Virus record (IMG/VR): IMGVR_UViG_3300037424_000564
Coordinates: 96,001-160,000 of that record
Direction: 5' to 3' (one strand)
Origin: a virus
Taxonomy: Duplodnaviria > Caudoviricetes
Length of the DNA: 64,000 nt
The notes under the pieces were generated by a model. The model saw nothing but the letters and a program-made list of their open reading frames with translations. It was not told the origin of the DNA and searched no databases. Positions 9,430 to 18,237 of this stretch are shown in pieces. Numbering within the stretch: the stretch's first letter is position 1; each line of letters starts with the position of its first letter. A program made the position numbers and the translations under genes.

Positions 9430-9711
9430 TCATAATAACTCTTCTTTCTTTTTAAAATATTGTTCCTTTGTAAGAATTATACAATTCCACCCTTTATAAG
9501 ATTCTCTTAATCCCTTTGCTACATTTTTTAAAAATTGTGGTGTTTTAATTCCTAATTCTTTACATTTTTTAACAAAATCACCACAAAAAATTATTTCTTC
9601 ACCAGTAGGAGTTATTATAATATAATAACCTACATTATTAGCACTTTCACCTATAATCCCTTTATGCGAATTGCTCATTTTTTTCTTTACATCATCTGAT
9701 AACTTTTTCAA
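9430..9711 (-). pseudogene. Homing endonuclease remnant (NUMOD3-type DNA-binding region only)
   Basis: LSDDVKKKMSNSHKG and YIIITPTGEEI motifs; no nuclease domain; TTG start. Confidence 0.6.
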
Positions 9712-9713
9712 TA

Positions 9714-10496
9714 TCAGACTAGATTATTACCTTTTATAATCCCTTCACCTAAGTTATTAGATTCACTAATAGAATTTAAATTTATAGGGCTAATTTTTAT
9801 GAAAAAATAATCAGGATCAAAATATTTACGAAGTTTATTTATATCGAAATCACAGTAATCAACGAGAGTTAAATTAACTGTAGTTTTGAGATTACTCTTA
9901 GTACGAATCTGGCCGAGTTCTTCAATACTCATGAGATTATTGATAGGAATCAATTCATGCCGCCGATCTTCATCAAGAGAGTGAAGACTGATTTGAAGGG
10001 TAATATTTCCTTCAATCCAAGAGAAGTCAGAATCACGAATACCAACAGTAGAAACGTAGTGGTGAACATTAGGATATGCTTCTGAAAGTTGATTAATAGC
10101 ATATTTTACATTTTCGATATTTAGAAATGGTTCACCCATTCGTGTCCAGTTAATTTTGAATTCTTCCGAATATGAAGGATGAATATGAGAGTTTTTATCA
10201 ACAACAAAAAAAACTTGATCAAACATTTCATTTGGAGTAAGATTTCTCCAACCTTTCATTTGACCAGTTGCACAGAATTTGCAGCCAACAGGACAACCAC
10301 TCATAGTCGAAACACCAACCATCCAACGTTCAGACCGACTTCCGATATCTTTGGAGTAAAGAGCATTAGTATTATTAGGGCAGTTCTTAGTATAGAATGG
10401 AAGAAATGTATCAGTAGTTTCAATCAACATCCCATCTTCAAGTTGAAGACAATGAACAGATCCATTAGTAAATTTACGATTACGAAGTTCTTTCAT
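9714..10496 (-). CDS. RlmN/Cfr-like radical SAM enzyme, C-terminally truncated
   Basis: IET, VSTMSGCPVGCKFCATG, RNL, MGEPFLN, LQISLHS; ends GIIKGNNLV without AACGQL. Confidence 0.9.
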   Translation of the reverse strand: MKELRNRKFTNGSVHCLQLEDGMLIETTDTFLPFYTKNCPNNTNALYSKDIGSRSERWMVGVSTMSGCPVGCKFCATGQMKGWRNLTPNEMFDQVFFVVDKNSHIHPSYSEEFKINWTRMGEPFLNIENVKYAINQLSEAYPNVHHYVSTVGIRDSDFSWIEGNITLQISLHSLDEDRRHELIPINNLMSIEELGQIRTKSNLKTTVNLTLVDYCDFDINKLRKYFDPDYFFIKISPINLNSISESNNLGEGIIKGNNLV

Positions 10497-10507
10497 TTGA
10501 TATACTC

Positions 10508-10792
10508 CTATTTAATAACCGAACAGTTGTCAATTCTCCAAGAGCAAACACCGTCAGTCACTCGAACTTTACTGTTTTTCTCACCAGAGGCATCAACACC
10601 AACAGAAGTGATCTTGACAACTTTATAATCGCAGTCACAATAGCTAAAAACGAGGACTAAATCACCTTTCTTTATGGTCATATCTTCCATAATGAATTCA
10701 CCAATTACGGAGAAATCTCTCTCGCTGTGATATTTCACGAAGTTATGATTAATTTTAGATGCTTCCTCTTTAGTGATAGTTCCGAGTTCCAT
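10508..10792 (-). CDS. Hypothetical protein
   Basis: AGGAGG RBS, dedicated promoter. Confidence 0.7.
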   Translation of the reverse strand: MELGTITKEEASKINHNFVKYHSERDFSVIGEFIMEDMTIKKGDLVLVFSYCDCDYKVVKITSVGVDASGEKNSKVRVTDGVCSWRIDNCSVIK

Positions 10793-10847
10793 AAATCCTC
10801 CTGTCGTTAGGTGAGTTAACTATACGACAGGAGGATTTAATTGTCAA
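10792..10847 (-). promoter_or_regulatory. sigma70 promoter inside a 16-bp RBS-occluding inverted repeat
   Basis: TTGACA-17-TATAGT; perfect arms 10792-10807 and 10824-10839. Confidence 0.8.
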
Positions 10848-10864
10848 TTTAAAAATATGAATAA

Positions 10865-11329
10865 TTATCTGGCGAGTGGTGCTGATTTGATTGTATGAAT
10901 TAGTTTGAATGTATCAGTATCCTCGCTATCCTTATTATAAATAATTTCTTTGCCATTTTCATTATCATATATATATGTTTCATTTAGTCTATCATACTTT
11001 ACATCATAAATCTCTTTTGGAAGAATAATACCAACAGCAGTCAATGCTCCATCAAGAGAATCATCATCTTCTCTAAAATAAGCCCAAGGATATTTTGCAG
11101 TAGAAAATAATAATCTTAGCTCACGTAGATCTTTATTATTACCACCATTACAAACAATCATAGTTTTATGATTTTCTAACCAATCAAAATACATCAAAAT
11201 AGGTTTCGAATATATGGCAGACTGAATATTTTTTCCATGTGAAATAGCAAGTTCACCAAGAACATGAGCAGATTGGATTCCTTGTTGGATAGATGAAAGA
11301 TAATAATTCACGAAAGTATATAGTCTCAT
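10865..11329 (-). CDS. Pth2-like peptidyl-tRNA hydrolase fold protein
   Basis: GIQSAHV, KTMIVCNGG, YFREDD...GALTAVGIILP. Confidence 0.6.
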   Translation of the reverse strand: MRLYTFVNYYLSSIQQGIQSAHVLGELAISHGKNIQSAIYSKPILMYFDWLENHKTMIVCNGGNNKDLRELRLLFSTAKYPWAYFREDDDSLDGALTAVGIILPKEIYDVKYDRLNETYIYDNENGKEIIYNKDSEDTDTFKLIHTIKSAPLAR

Positions 11330-11658
11330 TTTAATTCCTTTGCAATTAAGCGTAATAGTTCAGTAGATGCATCATCAGGATGCATTGTTTCACCTTGATA
11401 TGTTTCGCCATATTGCATCCAATGTGCATTATACAATTTTTTCATTTTATCTGGTGTTCGGTCCCAAATATCACGTTTTAATGCACTAGAGTCTGGTGTC
11501 CATAGAGAATACATGTTACGAATATATCTACCTACACTATGATGAAGCACATTTAGTCCTCTTTTTTCTTTTACCATTTGAAGATATTCTAACTCTTCTG
11601 GTTCTAATTCTTTGAAAAAATCTTCAATAACTTCTTGTACTTTAGTGTATTGTTTCAT
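11326..11658 (-). CDS. Hypothetical protein (DUF6794-like)
   Basis: HHSVGRYIRNMYSLW...HPDDAS. Confidence 0.5.
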   Translation of the reverse strand: MKQYTKVQEVIEDFFKELEPEELEYLQMVKEKRGLNVLHHSVGRYIRNMYSLWTPDSSALKRDIWDRTPDKMKKLYNAHWMQYGETYQGETMHPDDASTELLRLIAKELK

Positions 11659-11671
11659 GTGTATGTATCTC

Positions 11672-11773
11672 CTATATGTTATAACTGTTAATTAAAAATA
11701 CAATTTCATATATGCAAAATAAAACAATATATACCAAAAAAACAAGACTGACACCAAACATAAAATTGCTCAT
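11672..11773 (-). CDS. 33-aa single-TM microprotein MSNFMFGVSLV...
   Basis: Own translation; AAGGAG RBS; not in ORF track. Confidence 0.6.
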   Translation of the reverse strand: MSNFMFGVSLVFLVYIVLFCIYEIVFLINSYNI

Positions 11774-11783
11774 AATAATCTCC

Positions 11784-11933
11784 TTAATAAGTTGCTAATA
11801 TAACAAACATAAAGCATGTTAACAAAAAGCATATAATAGTATATAATATATATTTTACTCTAATAGAGCATAATAATAATAAAATACTACTTATCAAAAG
11901 ACCAAATCCGAAACCAAATATGAAATTGCTCAT
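11784..11933 (-). CDS. 49-aa two-TM microprotein MSNFIFGFGFG...
   Basis: Own translation; AGGA RBS; same MSNF start as the neighbour. Confidence 0.6.
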   Translation of the reverse strand: MSNFIFGFGFGLLISSILLLLCSIRVKYILYTIICFLLTCFMFVILATY

Positions 11934-11952
11934 AATAATATCCTATATGTAT

Positions 11953-12291
11953 CTACCATGTTTCAAGTTTTCCGGATTCATAGTCATCAAAGCACTTATC
12001 ACAAGCATCGAATCCGCCCCACTCTTTGTCCCAATCATGAGGCACTGGTATTCCTTCGTACATAGGGATACCTTTTTTACAGTTATACACTTTTTCGCTA
12101 CAGATACAGCATTCGCTTTCGTGAGGCCAAAAAGGTTCTGGTATAATAATGTAATTAATCGGTGCATCGTCAACTACAAATGTATATTCCAAATCATTAA
12201 TGTTCATTATATTATTATCACCATGTAAAGTTTTATAAACTTGTAATTGATATTGGAAACTTTCTTTTGTTGCTTTAATTGGTGTTTTCAT
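11953..12291 (-). CDS. Hypothetical Cys-motif protein
   Basis: CCIC...CDKC; abuts the nadM-like gene. Confidence 0.6.
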   Translation of the reverse strand: MKTPIKATKESFQYQLQVYKTLHGDNNIMNINDLEYTFVVDDAPINYIIIPEPFWPHESECCICSEKVYNCKKGIPMYEGIPVPHDWDKEWGGFDACDKCFDDYESGKLETW

Positions 12292-13332
12292 TTAAATACC
12301 CAACATATCCTTAATGATAAAATAATGGTCTTCAAACATATTTTCAGCAGTTAGTTCAGAAATAGGCAACCATACTGCTTTAGCCGCATCATCAGATCCT
12401 TTGATACGTGCTTTGATATTACTAGGAGGCAATTCAATTAAAAAAGCATGAGTTAGAATTCTTCCTCTTGTAGATCTATATGGATCGTCATACACACCTT
12501 TTTTTGTGATATATTTGCGAAGAATTGAAACTGGAATTTTGATCTTAGTTTCTTCATTCAATTCTCGAAGCATTCCATCTTCAAGTTGTTCATCTGTATC
12601 TAGAAATCCACCCGGCATTGCCCAAAGACCTTTTCCCGGTACATTCTTTCGTTGAATTAGAAGAATATGATCATTTTGAGTAACAATAGCATCAGTAGTT
12701 ATAAAATTACAAGGATATGGTGCAGATTCCCAAGCTTTCTTGTATTTTTTAATATAATCATGTTCTTCTTTGAGAATAAGCCAATTAGAATCAAGCATTC
12801 TAAATCTTCCCATAGTTTCTAACACATTTATTGGAACAACGCCATATAATTCAAAAAGTCTATCATGGGAATCAAAAAGAATTTCTCTGATATCAGTTGA
12901 GTGAATATGATTAATGGTTTCATCGAACCCAACTGGTTCAATATAATCCCAATCTTTGAAAAAATCAATATAAAAACTAGTTTTATCATTTTTGTTTCCA
13001 GTGATGCAAATAGAAACATCATCAGGATCATTACCATCTTGTTGAATCATAGAATCAACAATGCTTTGAGTATTCATTACCCAACGCGAATTCTCTTTAA
13101 TATCTATAAGAGATCCAAACATAATTCTATCGGAATTATATGTTTTACTAATCATTGCTTCACGATAATTAATATCGAATGGATTTTTTGAACTTAAAGG
13201 TCTATTTGCAGATCCAAATAGAACAATAACTTTATCTGCTACATTCAACAGATTATCAATGATTGCTTTGTGATTATTGTGAAACCCCTGAAATCGTCCG
13301 ATAATTATACCATATTGATATTTCTTTGACAT
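12292..13332 (-). CDS. nadM: Bifunctional NMN adenylyltransferase / Nudix ADP-ribose pyrophosphatase
   Basis: IGRFQGFHNNH, GSANR...NPF, STDIRE, Nudix box GGFLDTDEQLEDGMLRELNEET. Confidence 0.95.
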   Translation of the reverse strand: MSKKYQYGIIIGRFQGFHNNHKAIIDNLLNVADKVIVLFGSANRPLSSKNPFDINYREAMISKTYNSDRIMFGSLIDIKENSRWVMNTQSIVDSMIQQDGNDPDDVSICITGNKNDKTSFYIDFFKDWDYIEPVGFDETINHIHSTDIREILFDSHDRLFELYGVVPINVLETMGRFRMLDSNWLILKEEHDYIKKYKKAWESAPYPCNFITTDAIVTQNDHILLIQRKNVPGKGLWAMPGGFLDTDEQLEDGMLRELNEETKIKIPVSILRKYITKKGVYDDPYRSTRGRILTHAFLIELPPSNIKARIKGSDDAAKAVWLPISELTAENMFEDHYFIIKDMLGI

Positions 13333-13662
13333 TTAAATTTCCTTAAAAGTATATTTGTTAGATATTTGATCAATATTAAGTTTAACGAATTCTTTTGCTA
13401 GATCTTTAGTAGCAAAATTTACTTTCATTGTTATCCATTTCCAGTTACAGTTTGGATTATCATCTATCTCTGTTTTTAAAACACTAAACATAACTTTCCA
13501 ATATGAAGAGAAATGTTTAGGTGATGTGATAAGTCCGATAATTTGTTTGTTGAGTTTAATATCAACATCCGTATATGGATGGGCAACAGCTCTCAATCCT
13601 GTCTCTTTTTCATGATTTTTAAATGTAATTGATAATTTTTTATTAGAAATATTCTTCATCAT
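13333..13662 (-). CDS. Hypothetical protein
   Basis: 109-aa ORF, tight operon packing. Confidence 0.55.
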   Translation of the reverse strand: MMKNISNKKLSITFKNHEKETGLRAVAHPYTDVDIKLNKQIIGLITSPKHFSSYWKVMFSVLKTEIDDNPNCNWKWITMKVNFATKDLAKEFVKLNIDQISNKYTFKEI

Positions 13663-13906
13663 CAGAACCCTTTCCTCTTTTGATAAGATATGCTTGATAA
13701 TATTTTTCTTGATTAATTTTATTGATTGACAATGATCCTACCATAATCATTAGGTAAGGAATGCCAATAACAAATCCAATAACAAACCAAAACATGAAAT
13801 CATTATTCATCAATAACATACCAAAATCTTTTAGATGCAATGCTCCCCAAAAGTTAATGAAGAAAAATAGAACTCCGAAAATAATTCCATATTTATTATG
13901 AATCAT
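13643..13906 (-). CDS. Hypothetical two-TM membrane protein
   Basis: Two hydrophobic segments; AAGGA RBS. Confidence 0.55.
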   Translation of the reverse strand: MIHNKYGIIFGVLFFFINFWGALHLKDFGMLLMNNDFMFWFVIGFVIGIPYLMIMVGSLSINKINQEKYYQAYLIKRGKGSDDEEYF

Positions 13907-13933
13907 AAGTTATGTCCTTTACCATGTTTAGAT

Positions 13934-14170
13934 TCAATGATATTCATCTTGACACACCTTAAATTGTTTGTCAATAAGTAATCGTTGTTTATTGCAATAT
14001 GCTTTCAACTCGCAATATAGATCAAAATTACGGAACCAAACATCACTATCCTCGAACTTAGTTTTCAGGAAAAGTTCGATCATATTATTAATAGCTTCAA
14101 AGTGTTGTGGTTTATTATCTGGATGATTGATAACCCTAATAATTTTTTTATATACATCAAATGATTTCAT
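13934..14170 (-). CDS. Hypothetical protein
   Basis: AAGGAG RBS before ATG 14170. Confidence 0.55.
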   Translation of the reverse strand: MKSFDVYKKIIRVINHPDNKPQHFEAINNMIELFLKTKFEDSDVWFRNFDLYCELKAYCNKQRLLIDKQFKVCQDEYH

Positions 14171-14471
14171 TATTATTCTCCTTAGTTTTACCTTTAGCAA
14201 TAGAATAATGCATCCATAAGTCAACCTTGATTTTTTTAGCTTCAATAGCCTTTGGATCTATATAATTAAATTCTTTATAATCATTTAATTCATGTAGCAT
14301 TTCCATGACACCAAGGAGGTCATTAAATTCTCCAATCAGTAATTCGTAATTACTTTTACCAATAGTAGGATATATATCACTCAAACCAAAGATAGCACTC
14401 TTCAAAGCTATTTGAGCAATCTCACTTGCTTCCTCTGCTATCTTACATAATATATGTTGTTCTTTATTCAT
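14157..14471 (-). CDS. MazG-like NTP pyrophosphohydrolase
   Basis: AEEASEIAQ...GEFNDLL (EExxE...ExxD). Confidence 0.7.
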   Translation of the reverse strand: MNKEQHILCKIAEEASEIAQIALKSAIFGLSDIYPTIGKSNYELLIGEFNDLLGVMEMLHELNDYKEFNYIDPKAIEAKKIKVDLWMHYSIAKGKTKENNNEII

Positions 14472-14486
14472 AGTTATTCTTTCTAT

Positions 14487-14906
14487 TTAAGATTTCCATA
14501 CAACTTGTTTGGCTTTACGTTTTGCTTCGCTTATTCTATCTTTATCATTTTGAATAGCTCTATGTGCATTTAAAATATACATAGATTTATAATTCGATGC
14601 CCCAGTACAAAAATCATCAGTATAACTAAAATAAAGAGCAATCCAAATAAAACATACACGTTTTTGTGGATAATAATCATCTTTTGAAATAATTCTATAC
14701 TTATCTTTATTATCACCCAATAGAAAACGTACTCCAGATATACCAATCCCTACAATTCCTATAAAAACACAAGATATATAAACAAAAATACCGATTTCTT
14801 TATCAAGAGGATAGTATATAATGAGATACATAATAAGTATCAGATAAAATAGATAACAAAACATATGCACCAGATATTTTGGATTGTATTTATCTTCGTT
14901 ATTCAT
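14487..14906 (-). CDS. Hypothetical membrane protein
   Basis: Two TM segments. Confidence 0.55.
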   Translation of the reverse strand: MNNEDKYNPKYLVHMFCYLFYLILIMYLIIYYPLDKEIGIFVYISCVFIGIVGIGISGVRFLLGDNKDKYRIISKDDYYPQKRVCFIWIALYFSYTDDFCTGASNYKSMYILNAHRAIQNDKDRISEAKRKAKQVVWKS

Positions 14907-14914
14907 TACAGAGA

Positions 14915-16054
14915 CTACTTATCAAATTTTTTAAATGCAAAATCATATAGTTTGTTATGTTTAAGAACCAAGGAAGTCCAGATTAATCCACCTTCTTCAA
15001 TGATTCCAGTTTTTTTAGCAGTAAAAAATACATCACGGAATTCAAATTGGAAGGAGTTCAATTTGATAGCAAACTCTTTCTGGTCTTCGATGAAGACAAC
15101 ACCATCCCAAACTTTAACAAATCGTTCTCGTACTTCCGAAAGGATATTAACCATCTGGCTAATTTTTGGTTCAAGTTCAGGATAGTAAGTAAGAATTTCA
15201 TCAGTTTCACCATCAAGAATGAAAGGAAGAAGATTTTTCATGGTGAATCCAGACTCTCCACGCATCCTATGGAGAGATAGATATTTCTTATTTTTTACCT
15301 TAATTCTATTAAGGTTTTTGTCTACTAAAACTAGACCTTCGATGGTTGGATTATTCAATTCCAGATCTTCGATATGTTGAATGACTTCATCGATAGATTT
15401 GAAGTTATAATATTTTGGATGTCCTGCGCCATATACTCCATATTTTCGTTGTTCATTATTTGGTTTATCGTAATAATTCAGACAGAACAATCTTGGAATT
15501 TTATAATCAGTAACAATTTTATTATAAGGAGAACATAGTTCATATGTATATGAAAATTCTTTGCGTAGATTTTCTAGGACAAAATTATTTTCATCATCAT
15601 GGGAATAACTATCTTTAAAAAATTCTGCCATACAATCAAAAGTTTTCCAGAAAAGTTCTTTCCAAGAAAAATCACAGTTTTCCATCAGTTGATCACCGAA
15701 AGAACCTCTAGTTGCCATATGCCATTCACCTGCATAGAAGAACATATTACAAAGAGAACCATCAACCTTTTCAAGAGCATAAAAATTACTCCAATCAAAG
15801 TCTTTTTGGAGATTTTCAGCTTCACCAAGATTGAAGAAACGATCAAATGAACGAGCAACAATGTTCCATGTGTTTAATTCTAAAATTAAACCTCTACAAC
15901 ATATAGTAATTGGATTAATTTTTGGGCTATCAATTTGACAATAATTTAAAATAACTAATGGAAGTGTTGAATGATAGCATAGCTTAATTCCAAATTCTTT
16001 ATTTAAATCTTCAAGGGTTTTCCCATTGTGTAAATATTCTTGAACAGCTATCAT
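14915..16054 (-). CDS. RNA ligase, T4 Rnl1-like
   Basis: RSFDRFFN, EKVDGSL (KxDG), FSYTYEL, EGLVL, RIKVKN. Confidence 0.9.
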   Translation of the reverse strand: MIAVQEYLHNGKTLEDLNKEFGIKLCYHSTLPLVILNYCQIDSPKINPITICCRGLILELNTWNIVARSFDRFFNLGEAENLQKDFDWSNFYALEKVDGSLCNMFFYAGEWHMATRGSFGDQLMENCDFSWKELFWKTFDCMAEFFKDSYSHDDENNFVLENLRKEFSYTYELCSPYNKIVTDYKIPRLFCLNYYDKPNNEQRKYGVYGAGHPKYYNFKSIDEVIQHIEDLELNNPTIEGLVLVDKNLNRIKVKNKKYLSLHRMRGESGFTMKNLLPFILDGETDEILTYYPELEPKISQMVNILSEVRERFVKVWDGVVFIEDQKEFAIKLNSFQFEFRDVFFTAKKTGIIEEGGLIWTSLVLKHNKLYDFAFKKFDK

Positions 16055-16166
16055 TTTTTATTACCTTTCATAAATAAGTATAGTGAGTAATTCATAATGC
16101 TAGTAACATAATGAAAACAGTCAGGAGAACTGCTGTCCTCACTCAATTCTTTTCAGGAGCTAATCT

Positions 16167-16913
16167 ATGTATCATATCGTATATCAAACAACGAACCTTG
16201 TCAATTTAAAAATTTATATAGGAATTCATTCAACTAATAATTTAGATGATGGTTATATAGGCTCTGGTAAAACTATGATAAAAGCAATTAAAAAATATGG
16301 AAAAGAAAATTTTAAAAAAGAAATTTTACATTATTGTAAATCTAGAGAAGAAGCTTGTGATGTTGAGTTATATCTAGTTAATGAACAATTTGTTGAAAGA
16401 CCTGATGTTTATAATATTAGATTAGGCGGTGGAAATAAAGGAGTAATGTCTAAAGAATCTAAAATTAAATTATCAAATTCTTTAAAGAAAACATATTCAA
16501 ATAATAATTATATCAATAAACATATAGGAAGAAAAAGATCAGAAGAAACAAAAGAAAAAATGTTAATTAAAAATAAAAGATCATTTAAAGAAAAATATGG
16601 AGAAAGATATCTAGAAATGATTGATAAATGTTGCCGAAAATTTAAAGAAGAAAATGGATTTTATGGTAAAAATCATACGGAAAAAACTAAAAAAATATTA
16701 TCAGAAATTCGTTCTAAAAACTATATTATAAAATCTCCATTAAATGAAGTTATTAATTTTAAAGGTATATTAAGAGATTTTTGTAATAATAATGATCTTT
16801 CATTTTCATGTTTATATAGAAATATCAATAAAGGTATAATTCAAGAGACTTCATATACAAAACGCTCACAACTAACAACAAATTGTGTTGGGTGGGAGAT
16901 TAAATCAAACTAA
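16167..16913 (+). mobile_element. Free-standing GIY-YIG homing endonuclease (Seg-like)
   Basis: IVYQTTNLVNLKIYIG, GYIGSG, YNIRLGG, NUMOD3-like repeats; antisense to the operon; CATAAATA near 16069. Confidence 0.9.
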
Positions 16914-16918
16914 CATTA

Positions 16919-17329
16919 TTATTGTCTCCTATCGATGTTTAAATCGTCAAAGTATTTTCTTGCAATTTTTCTCGACAAACGATCTGCTTCTTGATGAACA
17001 TCACAAAAAGCATCATGACCTTTGATCCACTCAAAACAGATATTGTTAAACTTACTTTTAATTTTTCAATTTTTTTGGATTACTTTTCTTGCTTCGCCAT
17101 TAAGTTTTTCAACCTGACCAGAACAATCAGAAAAAATAGTAACGTTTGTATTAGCAGGAAGATTCTCAATTGCTAATTCAATGGCCTGACGCTCTGTTTT
17201 CGCTGACGTTCCAAATCTAGCACCTTTAGAATAAATGATCTTTTCACCTGTATCGACATTTATACAGATGGCAACTCCAACCCCATATCCACGAACACCT
17301 TTTGGCGTTATACCTACCCCAAATAGATT
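16919..17329 (-). pseudogene. RNase HI-like pseudogene
   Basis: Own translation: ...TERQAIELAI...VTIFSDC...EWIKGH...EADRLSR; no start codon, first catalytic Asp missing, in-frame TGA 17066-17068. Confidence 0.7.
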
Positions 17330-17502
17330 TTATTTTTACACTCTGGACAAATTAACATTTTGTAGATGTCCGACCCACCAGTGTAATCAGTTCTCGTTTC
17401 TCTTTGGGTATCCGCGTCAGTGTAAACCAGCACACTCGCGCAATTTCGACAGGTTGTTTTCTTCTTTGCACTCTCGTCTTTCCCAATTACCTCGATTGCC
17501 AT
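17314..17502 (-). CDS. Small zinc-ribbon protein
   Basis: CRNC...CPEC. Confidence 0.65.
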   Translation of the reverse strand: MAIEVIGKDESAKKKTTCRNCASVLVYTDADTQRETRTDYTGGSDIYKMLICPECKNKIYLG

Positions 17503-17535
17503 TTTATATCCTTTCCGCCCAGAAGGGCATAACTA

Positions 17536-17564
17536 ACAATAATATACCATTCTTTTGTTGTCAA
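17536..17564 (-). promoter_or_regulatory. sigma70-type early promoter
   Basis: TTGACA-17-TATTGT. Confidence 0.7.
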
Positions 17565-17571
17565 ATTATTT

Positions 17572-18204
17572 TTACATAATCCCCATCAAAAGAATTACTA
17601 TTCCAGCTAGTGAGTACACGCAAGTCAGGACAACTATAGTTGATTTTTCCTCACTATCATAATTACTATATTTTTCATCATGTGTTACATATTTTTTCTC
17701 TTTTGTTTTTTTCCCTTTATCATCATAAACAGGGCAAACTTCAGTCCACCCATACATGATTCTAGTATTCCAACGCCACGTTAAGAATAAAATAACAATA
17801 CCACAAGGAGAAAGTAAAAATAGTTCTTTAAAGTAAGTAATGATAGCTCCTGAATCTACATCAAGAACCTTATAAAGAACAATACCAGTAGTAATCATAC
17901 CAACAGGAGTTTTAATAAATTCATTCACTTCAATAGAAAGAACACTACACACTTCTTTTAAACCAACTGCAAATGTGTTCATATATTTTGTTACATTTTC
18001 AGTATCTACCAACACCTTTTCAATAACATCAGCAGTGTTAGTTTTTGTATTCATTTCAGCAATAACCTGATTTCTGAGATTATCTGGAAGCTTGCTTAAA
18101 TCAACATTAACAATAAGGGGTTCTTGATCAGTTCCTGCGTGTGCAGTTGTGTAAGTAATTCCAATTAGAACACAAAGCACTAGTACAACCATAAATCGTT
18201 TCAT
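17572..18204 (-). CDS. Hypothetical exported/membrane protein
   Basis: Signal peptide ending AHA; internal TM segments. Confidence 0.65.
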   Translation of the reverse strand: MKRFMVVLVLCVLIGITYTTAHAGTDQEPLIVNVDLSKLPDNLRNQVIAEMNTKTNTADVIEKVLVDTENVTKYMNTFAVGLKEVCSVLSIEVNEFIKTPVGMITTGIVLYKVLDVDSGAIITYFKELFLLSPCGIVILFLTWRWNTRIMYGWTEVCPVYDDKGKKTKEKKYVTHDEKYSNYDSEEKSTIVVLTCVYSLAGIVILLMGIM

Positions 18205-18237
18205 TTTATTTCTCCTTAGTTGAAATGAATATATTAA

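Noticed and set aside
7815-9713. Intron splicing that would rejoin the two RlmN-like parts
   Set aside because: No group I or II core is recognisable, the interval is filled with ordinary genes and a promoter, and each part has its own stop or RBS-start.
17066-17068. Stop-codon reassignment (TGA here, TAA at 43914)
   Set aside because: TAA, TAG and TGA all end normal genes in this window, including ATGA overlaps, and core genes have no internal stops.
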